Shown in pieces: positions 24,874 through 34,364 of a stretch of DNA of 64,000 bases. The stretch is taken from assembly GCA_000991575.1 (NCBI GenBank), contig LBRU01000009.1:698-64697 (forward strand). The letters are read 5' to 3'. The notes beneath the pieces were generated by a model that saw only the letters and a program-made list of their open reading frames with translations, made no database searches and had not been told where the DNA came from. This DNA comes from a candidate division TM6 bacterium GW2011_GWE2_36_25. GTDB lineage: Bacteria > Babelota > Babeliae > Babelales > UBA12409. A program made the position numbers and the translations under genes. Positions within the stretch are counted from its first letter, which is position 1. Each line of letters begins with the position of its first letter.

Positions 24874-25884
24874 TCAATATTTTGTAACGGTAATAGTTGT
24901 CTCTTTTTCAATTTCACTGACATCTAGATGCGACGAAATTTGTAAATTTTTATTAATAATTCGTGCAATAACTTCACATTTACCAAGTGAATCAATAAAA
25001 AACAATTTATCTTCTTTTTCGTTTCGACACATATGAGATATATCAAAACGTGACATCCCCCGATTGAAAAATCTTCTCTTGGTTAAAAAAAGAGGTAAAT
25101 CTAAAGAAGGCAGATCAAAAACCTCATGCGTTTCTCGATTGAAATAAAAAAAGGGATCTCTTTCTCGTCTCATCTCACTTATTGAGTAAAAACCCCGTTC
25201 TTCCTCACTCAAAAGAGCCAAGAGCTCTCCTTTCTGGTCCCACGCCGGCATAGCAGAAGTACTCATTGCAGCAAAAATAGGATTGGAAACATTACATTCT
25301 TCAGTATCAATAATGAATCCTTGATAATTATAACGACATGGAAGCGGATGCTTATAACGAAAAAAAGCTAAATTACGATTATCTGAATTCCACGTTAATA
25401 GAGGAGGACGATCACATCCTATGCCAGGCACAATGATACTTTTTTGCAATGTTCCACGAAACAGTCCCTGTTTATAATGACCTCTTTTTAAACTTTCCTT
25501 ATCATAAATATAAACACGGTCTATAAAAGTTTTTTTATTACGTCCCACAATTGCAACATAATCACCACGCGGAGACCACTGTAATGCCACAATAAAATCA
25601 TCATCAAACATCCGCATCGGCCTAAAAAAATATTCTGGCCTACAAAGACTTTTTCCCATTCTACAACATCTCAAGTTATACAATCCTAACATTTGCGCAT
25701 GAAGCCCATCTTCCTTTTCTAGCTGCACAATATTAAGAAACAACGCTCCATCAGGAGAAAAGTCACCGTAAACAGAAGGATCAATTTGATAAAAACTATC
25801 CCCCATCGAAAAGAGATTATTTACCAAGGTTAAAAACACTAAAAAAAATATTTTTTTCATAATCTTTCCCATTTCCCCTTTCAT
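24874..25884 (-). CDS. secreted beta-propeller-like protein, paralog 1
   Basis: It has a signal peptide (likely start MKKIFFLVFL at 25860). The motifs DFSPDGALF, WSPRGDYVAIVG, LTWNSDNRNLAFFRY and AWDQKGELLALL resemble PD40/TolB-type blades. It is paralogous to the next gene. Confidence 0.5.
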   Translation of the reverse strand: MKGEMGKIMKKIFFLVFLTLVNNLFSMGDSFYQIDPSVYGDFSPDGALFLNIVQLEKEDGLHAQMLGLYNLRCCRMGKSLCRPEYFFRPMRMFDDDFIVALQWSPRGDYVAIVGRNKKTFIDRVYIYDKESLKRGHYKQGLFRGTLQKSIIVPGIGCDRPPLLTWNSDNRNLAFFRYKHPLPCRYNYQGFIIDTEECNVSNPIFAAMSTSAMPAWDQKGELLALLSEEERGFYSISEMRRERDPFFYFNRETHEVFDLPSLDLPLFLTKRRFFNRGMSRFDISHMCRNEKEDKLFFIDSLGKCEVIARIINKNLQISSHLDVSEIEKETTITVTKY

Positions 25885-25888
25885 GTTA

Positions 25889-27025
25889 TTAAACTTTTCT
25901 GCGACGCAAAGCAGGCATCAACTCAGCAATTTCTTCTTCTTCACTTTTTTCAAAAGAAAAAAAAGAACCGCGGCCCAGTGTAAGGCGTTTTCCTAATTGG
26001 CGCATTCTTATTTTGTTAAAAAGCTCTTTCAATAATGCTGGATGCCGTTCACATTTAACCTTAATTTCGCCATCCTTATACCCACCTTCTATTTCAATTT
26101 CGGCTGAAAGCATTCGTCCGATATCAATTTTTGCATCTCCTTCTTCAGCAAAAAAAACGAGATCAGAAGAAAAATTAAGTAATTCTGACCCATATGATGC
26201 CCAACAAACTTTCAAAGGAAAAATTTTTTTATGTAAAGCAGCGCTCAAAAATTCTTCCCCCTTCTCTATGCACGTCATTTGGTGATCAAAGACAAAGAAT
26301 TTTTTTATTATTTCATGAGAAAAAATTCCCTCCTCTTCATCATCTACTAAACCCAAAACTTCACCATTAACATCCCAAACTGGATCAAAAACAGACGTTT
26401 CAGCAAATTCAGTCTCAAATTTAAGCGGATTCTCAGATAAGACATCAGCAATTACAATGTTACAGTTGCCATCATAATTATAACGAAGCAAAGCTACATT
26501 GATGTTATTAGGATTCCAGGCAATTGTAGCAGATTTATATTCCCCAAGAGCGGGTAAACTTATAACATTGATGAGCTTCCCCTTTCCCTCTTCAAAAAAA
26601 CGACCTTTATAAACAAACAAAGCTTGATCGCCTGTTCCCTTACTTTGCACCAAGAAAACACAATATTCCCCATCCCATGACCACTGAAAAGATAAAATAT
26701 TCAAATTTTCAGGCGTTCCTTCAGGCCAAAAAATAGCATGTGGTTTTATAACCTGTTCACCTTTATCAACATAATCAATCAACGAATACCAGAAGAAACG
26801 ATCCCGACAAACAGTTGATCCATCACCATTTTGAATAGGCACAACCTTCACATCCAAAAACCCCTCTCCTGATGGATAAAAATCTCCATGAAGATCCTGT
26901 CTTCCCTCTAAATGATCATAAAACCAATCAAGCTGTTGAGCATCTGTACCCGCTGGAATCTGAAACATTCCATTCAGATGAGAAAAAACAATAAAAAATG
27001 AAAAAAATCTTAAAAACTTAACCAT
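25889..27025 (-). CDS. secreted beta-propeller-like protein, paralog 2
   Basis: Start placed at MVKFLRFFSFFIVF (ATG 27025), which is preceded by GAGGGGGAT. The track start at 27112 has no RBS. Motifs WSWDGEYCVFLV, IAWNPNNINVALLRY and VWDVNGEVLGLV parallel paralog 1. Confidence 0.55.
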   Translation of the reverse strand: MVKFLRFFSFFIVFSHLNGMFQIPAGTDAQQLDWFYDHLEGRQDLHGDFYPSGEGFLDVKVVPIQNGDGSTVCRDRFFWYSLIDYVDKGEQVIKPHAIFWPEGTPENLNILSFQWSWDGEYCVFLVQSKGTGDQALFVYKGRFFEEGKGKLINVISLPALGEYKSATIAWNPNNINVALLRYNYDGNCNIVIADVLSENPLKFETEFAETSVFDPVWDVNGEVLGLVDDEEEGIFSHEIIKKFFVFDHQMTCIEKGEEFLSAALHKKIFPLKVCWASYGSELLNFSSDLVFFAEEGDAKIDIGRMLSAEIEIEGGYKDGEIKVKCERHPALLKELFNKIRMRQLGKRLTLGRGSFFSFEKSEEEEIAELMPALRRRKV

Positions 27026-27209
27026 ATCCCCCTCACTATCTAACTTCTTATGCGCTTGAAGCAAAATTAAACAACTCCAATAAAAAATGAGGACTTTTAG
27101 AAAAACAAACATTCTAAAAGAACCATCCTCACATTATTTTAGAATAACAAAATCAAAATTTTTGTCAATTAGAAAATAATCAAAAAAATGAGATAAAAGC
27201 GAGAAAAGT

Positions 27210-27227
27210 GGCCCGCGGATGCGGGCC
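27210..27227 (-). terminator. GC-rich hairpin, probable intrinsic terminator of 27249-27878
   Basis: GGCCCGC-GGAT-GCGGGCC lies 22 nt downstream of the stop. On the minus strand it is followed by ACTTTTCTCGCTTTT. Confidence 0.5.
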
Positions 27228-27248
27228 TAAAAGGAGTACTAAAAATCT

Positions 27249-27878
27249 TTAACGATGCGTTAGTATTGCAACGGCAAGCGGTTTGCCCGCTTTATTGAGA
27301 AGTGTTCCATCTTCAATCAGCGCATTAATATCAGTCTCTTTGTCAAAAATGAGATCTTTTCCAACGACCATACCATTACTTAACTTAACCCCATTACCAG
27401 GAACCAAGAAATATCCTTTATTCGTTCGAATAATTTCATAGTATTTTGTTTGAATTGTTGGATTATCTTGCAGATAAGGGCCACCCCATTCTTGAGGATT
27501 GCGCAGATTCATCGCCCCAACTTCAGAACCAACGAATGAACCAACGGTCAAAAAATCTACATAATTTACATCATGCTCAAAATCTAAAATGCCACATTTT
27601 TCATTAATCAATTCAAAAACTTGTCCCATCTCTTCAACATGGCGCCCAATAATGCGACTGGTAGACATCTTAGCATTGTAAAGTAAAACACCAATTGTTA
27701 TCGCCAATAAAAGAACGAGAATGCCGGCCGTTGAAAATTGCCACCAACGACGCGACATCTTATATTTTTTGATTGAAAATTTACGCGATGAATGTTTTGA
27801 ACTTTCACGCACAACTTTACGTGGTTTCATGTGTCGTAATTTTGCTTGTGCCATATTCTCCTCCATTTCCTCCATCAC
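27249..27878 (-). CDS. hypothetical single-pass membrane protein
   Basis: Basic N-terminus, one TM (FSTAGILVLLLAITIGVLLY) and a globular C-terminal domain. No family recognised. Confidence 0.45.
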   Translation of the reverse strand: MMEEMEENMAQAKLRHMKPRKVVRESSKHSSRKFSIKKYKMSRRWWQFSTAGILVLLLAITIGVLLYNAKMSTSRIIGRHVEEMGQVFELINEKCGILDFEHDVNYVDFLTVGSFVGSEVGAMNLRNPQEWGGPYLQDNPTIQTKYYEIIRTNKGYFLVPGNGVKLSNGMVVGKDLIFDKETDINALIEDGTLLNKAGKPLAVAILTHR

Positions 27879-28154
27879 ACTCGATCTTCTTCTACATTAG
27901 CAAAATTCATTTTTGAAAATAAATAGTTTTAAAAAAATAATCTTATTTATTCGACTCAGTGATTGTTATTCAAAATATAATTATGAAAGAACTTTTAAAA
28001 ATTTCGGGTTTAATAAATACGTTATCATAGACCTCTTCCGAAACAATAAAGCACTCAAACGTTTTTAACGTTGCCCCTATTAATGCTTATATTGATAATC
28101 AAGAAGTTATTCACCATAAATAAATTTGATAATAAAGGTTGAATTTGACTTCAC

Positions 28155-28300
28155 GCATTCGCCATGAGGAACGAGCATAGCGAGTGTCTCGAAGGGTTTT
28201 GCCGAACGCACTTATTAAGATAAATCCATAATGTTACTCAGTGTACGTGTTCGATGAGACCCTTCGAATCGCCATTATAATGGCTCCCTCAGGGCGAACG
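28155..28300. mobile_element. MITE-like internal-deletion derivative of the GIY-YIG element (two inverted family-2 arms, 29-bp core)
   Basis: The arms are 28155-28211 and 28241-28300. The core TTATT/AAGATAAATCCATAATGTTACTCAG matches the first 5 nt (32463-32467) and the last ~30 nt (32674-32702) of the interior of the 32403-32763 element. Confidence 0.7.
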
Positions 28301-28377
28301 GAAGAAAAGCACCTTAATATAAAACAATCGAATATTAACCTGACTTAAATTTCATTGTCTCGGAAGAGATCTCATCT

Positions 28378-29508
28378 TTAATGAAACATAGTATTATAAA
28401 AACATTCTTTAATAGATTGTTGAACCTTTAAGTCTTTTGCATCAGCGATCAACTTATCAACAAACAGATCTTGTGCACTTTTTTCTTCGGGCTCAAGAAT
28501 CTGATGACGGAACACCTTAAAATTTTCATTTGGCTCACAAACTACTTCTGGATCCATCACAATACGTTTTTCAACTAAACCAACTCCCGTTATCTTCTCA
28601 ATTATCGCTGCTAAAGGCTTCCATAGCCGATGATGTTCTAGAGGGGTCCCGCCCGAAATAGCTGTATAAACCAATTGAGGAATTAACTCATTTTGTATAA
28701 GAAAATGCAAAAATAAACCATTTTTTATTCTTGGTATCTCAGTATCAGGAAAAGACAAATTATAATCACTAAGTAAAGATTTTAATAAAGTCCTAAGTGG
28801 AAGATTCACTGATCGACTTTTCGTATAAAGATGAAGGAAAAAATAAAACCATGGCTCCCTGGCAGCTGAAAGAATTTCTGTCCGTACAAAATCATCAGCA
28901 TCATGTATTCTACCAGGCCTCATCTTTTTGTATTCTTCCACGGTCATTCCTCTTAAATGTTCTACTTTTTTACGCGAACGAAGAAATTCAAAATCCTTAG
29001 GCTCCACCCCAGTCTGTAATTGATAAAGCTTTTTTTGCAAGTCTAATAAAAGAGCAATTCTGCCATCTGCAGCATGAAAAAATGATGTATAACCCGGATA
29101 TTTAACCTCGGTTTCAATTATTTGGGCAATTAATTCTGTAACATTTTCATAATGCTTAGGCTTAAGTAAACATGGATGCTTAATCAAAGAAAGAAATCTA
29201 AGAGCAGACAACAATGGTAATTGCATTTTTATAAATTCGCGAAGGTTGAACTTTTTACATCGAAAAGGAGACGCAATCAACCAAGGGAACAATCCTTTCT
29301 CATACAAAAGATTAAATCTTCCCACCTTTTCAACTAATCGACGATATGTTGTCGAACATTGTTCAAGTTCATCACTTTTTTGTTTATCTTTAATTGCCTG
29401 AAACAATCGCAATCCGGCCCCGGCACGATATAATCCACCAAACATCCCATAAGATTGTGGCACTAATAATAAAAGTCCTAAAAATATAAAACGGAAAATC
29501 ATGTTCAA
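28378..29508 (-). CDS. hypothetical secreted protein
   Basis: Signal peptide MNMIFRFIFLGLLLLVPQSYG. Length 376 aa. No family recognised. Confidence 0.45.
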   Translation of the reverse strand: MNMIFRFIFLGLLLLVPQSYGMFGGLYRAGAGLRLFQAIKDKQKSDELEQCSTTYRRLVEKVGRFNLLYEKGLFPWLIASPFRCKKFNLREFIKMQLPLLSALRFLSLIKHPCLLKPKHYENVTELIAQIIETEVKYPGYTSFFHAADGRIALLLDLQKKLYQLQTGVEPKDFEFLRSRKKVEHLRGMTVEEYKKMRPGRIHDADDFVRTEILSAAREPWFYFFLHLYTKSRSVNLPLRTLLKSLLSDYNLSFPDTEIPRIKNGLFLHFLIQNELIPQLVYTAISGGTPLEHHRLWKPLAAIIEKITGVGLVEKRIVMDPEVVCEPNENFKVFRHQILEPEEKSAQDLFVDKLIADAKDLKVQQSIKECFYNTMFH

Positions 29509-29620
29509 ACCTCCAATTCCATTTAGAAATCAACCAAATATAATTATATACAAATAGAAATTTTTGTCAATTAAAGTGCACAAAATTTTGTATCTATCAA
29601 GGTAAAAAAAGAAACAGAAC

Positions 29621-29986
29621 TCATCTATCTGAACAGCTTTTTTCATGCCTTAAACAGTGATAAAGATCATAAAATCCACTCTTGCAAAATCTACAGAAAA
29701 AATTTTTCTTTTGCAGATGAACTCTTTCAATGTGTGGCCATACATCTCGGGCTCTTGAAAGCATTTTTTTACACATAAGACATTGTCTGGGAGAGAATTC
29801 ATCAACCTTTTCAATTTTGAGTAACTCAGCCCAAAATGAAGAATGTCTTTTAATTTTTATCATTAAATAAGTTTTTATCTCGGGAGACAACAAATCTTCT
29901 TCTTGAGAATTTTCTGATCGATCCATTGCACACGCGCAGGAAACCAAATATAAAAAAAATAAAAATCGATTTCTCATATGAAACAC
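29621..29986 (-). CDS. secreted protein with two eukaryote-type C2H2/C2HC zinc fingers
   Basis: It has a signal peptide. Finger 1 is CLMC-x12-H-x4-H (CLMCKKMLSRARDVWPHIERVH). Finger 2 is CRFC-x12-H-x3-C (CRFCKSGFYDLYHCLRHEKSC). Confidence 0.6.
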   Translation of the reverse strand: MFHMRNRFLFFLYLVSCACAMDRSENSQEEDLLSPEIKTYLMIKIKRHSSFWAELLKIEKVDEFSPRQCLMCKKMLSRARDVWPHIERVHLQKKNFFCRFCKSGFYDLYHCLRHEKSCSDR

Positions 29987-29989
29987 AAA

Positions 29990-30379
29990 TTATCTTTGAT
30001 GCACAAATTCATGCGCATCCCGATTGTACTTTGTGCTATAGAATTTTTCACAAAAGTGACATTTAAAGGGTTTTAATTTTTGATGAGTCCTTTCATGCCG
30101 TTCACACTTTGATCTAATGTCAAAAATTTTACCACATACGGAACATGCAAAGGGCACTTTCTCACATTTTTGCGTACACAACTTCGGCCCTTCACCCACC
30201 TTGTCAGTATCAATCATTTTTCGTCTTTTTTCAGGTTTTTCTTCATGTGCTGCACGAGAAAACATTACTAAACTTTCGGCTGCACGAACATCATGTGATG
30301 TAAGCCTTGTATCTCGTTTCTCCATAGCATTAACTGAAAATACGGCGTAAAATAACATTAAAATAATATTTTTTTTCAT
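29990..30379 (-). CDS. secreted protein with two classical C2H2 zinc fingers
   Basis: It has a signal peptide. CSVCGKIFDIRSKCERHERTH and CHFCEKFYSTKYNRDAHEFVH both fit C-x2-C-x12-H-x3-H exactly. They are joined by a TGEKP-like linker (HQKLKPFKC). Confidence 0.7.
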   Translation of the reverse strand: MKKNIILMLFYAVFSVNAMEKRDTRLTSHDVRAAESLVMFSRAAHEEKPEKRRKMIDTDKVGEGPKLCTQKCEKVPFACSVCGKIFDIRSKCERHERTHQKLKPFKCHFCEKFYSTKYNRDAHEFVHQR

Positions 30380-30443
30380 AATTATAAATCCTTATTTTCT
30401 TTTTCTTTTTTTACATAACTGCAAGTCTTTTTCATAAAAACGC

Positions 30444-31190
30444 TCATTTAAATCTTCCTCTTAAAATGGCAACTTGAATTGCAAATCGAACGCTCTTACC
30501 TATTTTCAACTTCAAGGCTTCAAGGCTTCCTTTTATATTAAGATTGAGTTTTTTCTCATGAGAAACTAACACTCGCAACTCTTCAAAAATACGCATGTCT
30601 TTTATAACCACATTAAATTGAGTCCGAGGATTAGAACTTACAATAGTCCCCCGAGCAAAAAGCCAAAGAGGAGGATGTTTAATACATTCAAACGCTTCGA
30701 CTATGCTGTTTCTCAGGTGTTCTACAATGACCGGATCATCGGTAGTTTTCAAAATGTGATCTATTTGTTTTACAATCAATCGCACAAGCATGTGATCTTT
30801 TTCGCAAACCACACGCTCCAGATGATTAATACCTATATCTGAAATGATACGAGCCCCTTTATCAAGAAGAAATTTAACTAGGTGATAATTTTTTTGACTA
30901 ATAGCGATCGCTAAAGGAGTTTCACCTCTTCCATCTATCGCATTAACATCAGCCCCTTTTTGCACAAGCACCCGCGCCATATCATACTGCTTATTCTCAA
31001 TAGCACATATCAATACAGTTATTCCATTTTGCTGAGACTCTAACAAAGATCTATCTTGTTCATACTGAGCGATTACGCTCTCAATATTTCCATTTTTAAT
31101 AGCTTCAAAAAATACTATTCTTGATTCCATTGCAGAACAACAGAAAGCAAAAAATAAAACAGATACAAATAGCAGTTTGCACAATTTCAT
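30444..31190 (-). CDS. secreted ankyrin-repeat protein
   Basis: Signal peptide plus ANK repeats (GITVLICAIENKQYDMARVLVQKGADVNAIDGRGETPLAIAISQKNYHLVKFLLDKGA). Confidence 0.8.
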   Translation of the reverse strand: MKLCKLLFVSVLFFAFCCSAMESRIVFFEAIKNGNIESVIAQYEQDRSLLESQQNGITVLICAIENKQYDMARVLVQKGADVNAIDGRGETPLAIAISQKNYHLVKFLLDKGARIISDIGINHLERVVCEKDHMLVRLIVKQIDHILKTTDDPVIVEHLRNSIVEAFECIKHPPLWLFARGTIVSSNPRTQFNVVIKDMRIFEELRVLVSHEKKLNLNIKGSLEALKLKIGKSVRFAIQVAILRGRFK

Positions 31191-31279
31191 AAAACCTCCA
31201 ATCTAAAAATCAATTTTTTCAAATATATAGTGTTTTATAAATCTAACAAAAATTTTACTATTTGTCAAAAAACTTAGGG

Positions 31280-32287
<1,008 letters not shown>

Positions 32288-32399
32288 TCAATTAAGATTT
32301 TTTATTTAGTATAACATGCGCATAAGAAAATGAAGCGCTTGACTGCTTTTAAACCTTTCACATATCAATGTTCATATTGATAATAAACAGTGTATTTGA

Positions 32400-32766
32400 T
32401 TTCTCGCGTTCGCCCTGAGGGAGCCATTGTAATGGCGATTCGAAGGGTTTTATCGAACGCACTTATTTCATAAAACCAGTCCACCCAAACATAATAAGTC
32501 GTTCTTTTTTTTGACGGGTCCATTTTTTTATTTTTCGTTCTGCTGCTAAGACTTCTAATCTTGAAGTAAATTTTTCTGCATAAACAAGTTTAAGTGGCCT
32601 GCGATTAAAAGTATAACATTTATATAAACCCATATTGTGCTCAGAAATGCGTATCATTGCATTTTAAAATATAAAGATAAAATTCCATAACATTACTTCA
32701 GGTGCGCGTTCGATAAAACCCTTCGAATCGCCATTACAATGGCTCCCTCAGGGCGAACGCGAGAAA
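32400..32766. mobile_element. GIY-YIG nuclease remnant framed by perfect ~60-bp inverted repeats (family-2 hairpin arms)
   Basis: 32403-32460 is the exact reverse complement of 32706-32763 (58/58 by manual comparison; 61 nt including the flanking TTT/AAA). The only cargo is the ORF 32463-32657. Confidence 0.75.
32463..32693 (-). pseudogene. decayed stand-alone GIY-YIG (URI/COG2827-type) endonuclease
   Basis: The ORF reads ..ISEHNMG..RRPLKLVYAEKFTSRLEVLAAERKIKKWTRQKKERLI, which matches the C-terminal two-thirds of small GIY-YIG proteins. The same frame upstream reads MLWNFIFIF-stop-NA-MIRIS. This gives an in-frame TAA (32664-32666) and loss of the GIY/YIG segment. Confidence 0.6.
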
Positions 32767-33056
32767 GAAAATTCACTATAAACTACTATAAATCCATCTA
32801 AAGTATATATTATTTTGTTAAGTTTCAGAATTAAAAATTTTTATTGCCTCGAACACATTGGATAAATGCGAGAGAAGGTTGCGTCAAATAAACTGGACAA
32901 CCTATTCAACAAAGTTTTGGCAACGCGTGAAATCTTCTCGTCTCCATCCATTGCTAAAAGCACGATGGTATTAGACGACGGAAAATAAAAAAAAGAATTA
33001 CCAATTTGCAAGCACGCCACATTCCGTGGTAAAAAATAAAAAAATGGGAATCGCTC

Positions 33057-34364
33057 ATGAAATCAATTTCTTCCACAATCACAACAAAAAAACCGACCAA
33101 AAAAATTACTCATCTTTTAACAGAGGAACAAAAAATTTTACAAGCAACATTTGATTTAAGAGAAACTCCCCAAAAATATGATACTGATTATGCAAGTATC
33201 AATGTTCCTTTTGATGAAAGCATCATTAAAAAAGTAAAAAAAATTATTATTGAAAAACAAAAACTTTCGATTGATAGCCTTGTTGTTATCGGCATCGGCG
33301 GGTCAAATCTCGGCACACTTGCGATTCATCAAGCGCTTAACGGACTTTTATATAATGATCAAAACAAAATACCATCTATTTATTTTGCAGATACCACTGA
33401 TCCACACTATCTTACGCAACTCATTACCATCCTAGAAAATAAACTCAAAAACCATAAAAACATTCTTTTAAACATCGTGACTAAATCCGGTTCAACTGTT
33501 GAAACACTCACTAATTTTCACATACTCATCGAGCTGTTAAAAAAATATCAACTTGATTACAAAAAATATATCGTCGTTACCACTGATCAAAATTCATCAC
33601 TTGATCAATGGGCACAGCATGAAGATATAACCTGTTTGCACGTTCCAGCTTTAGTTGGTGGTCGTTATTCTGTTTTTAGTGAAGTTGGACTCTTTCCTCT
33701 CGGCTTTATAGGTATTGACATTGAACACCTGCATACAGGTGCTCGTGATGCTGTTGAAGCAGCATTAAAAAAAGAAAATGACGTAATCAAAGGCGCACTC
33801 GCCATTTATCATGCTTATCAAGATGGATTAATTATTCACGACCTTTTTATCTTTGCATTAGAACTGGAAGGTTTAGGAAAATGGTATCGCCAACTTTCGG
33901 GAGAAAGCTTGGGCAAACCCTTAAAAGATAATCCTCAAACGCGCTGTATTTTAACGCCAACACTTTCAATAGGAAGTGTTGACTTACACTCAGTTACACA
34001 ACTCTATTTAGGTGGATTACCACCAACATTCACCACATTTATCGGTATTCAGCAATGGAATAAAACAATAAAAATACAAAAAGACAAGACGCTCACATCG
34101 CTTAATAACACCATCCAAGGAAAAACGGTTAATGAAATAATGGATGCTATTTTTTATGGAACGATTGCCGCGTATAAAAAACAGAAAAAACAATTCACCA
34201 TTTTTATGCTTCCACAGATCAATGAATACTCTCTCGGTTATTTAATGCAAACATTCATGATCCAAATGATGTATCTTGGAAAATTATGTAATGTAAATCC
34301 ATTCAATCAACCTCAAGTAGAACTTTATAAAAAAGAAACAAAAAGGATATTAACCCATGCGTGA
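33057..34364 (+). CDS. pgi: glucose-6-phosphate isomerase (short bacterial form)
   Basis: SIS-domain motifs (VVIGIGGSNLG, VTKSGSTVET) and GGRYSVFSEVGL. Length 435 aa. Confidence 0.85.
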   Translation: MKSISSTITTKKPTKKITHLLTEEQKILQATFDLRETPQKYDTDYASINVPFDESIIKKVKKIIIEKQKLSIDSLVVIGIGGSNLGTLAIHQALNGLLYNDQNKIPSIYFADTTDPHYLTQLITILENKLKNHKNILLNIVTKSGSTVETLTNFHILIELLKKYQLDYKKYIVVTTDQNSSLDQWAQHEDITCLHVPALVGGRYSVFSEVGLFPLGFIGIDIEHLHTGARDAVEAALKKENDVIKGALAIYHAYQDGLIIHDLFIFALELEGLGKWYRQLSGESLGKPLKDNPQTRCILTPTLSIGSVDLHSVTQLYLGGLPPTFTTFIGIQQWNKTIKIQKDKTLTSLNNTIQGKTVNEIMDAIFYGTIAAYKKQKKQFTIFMLPQINEYSLGYLMQTFMIQMMYLGKLCNVNPFNQPQVELYKKETKRILTHA

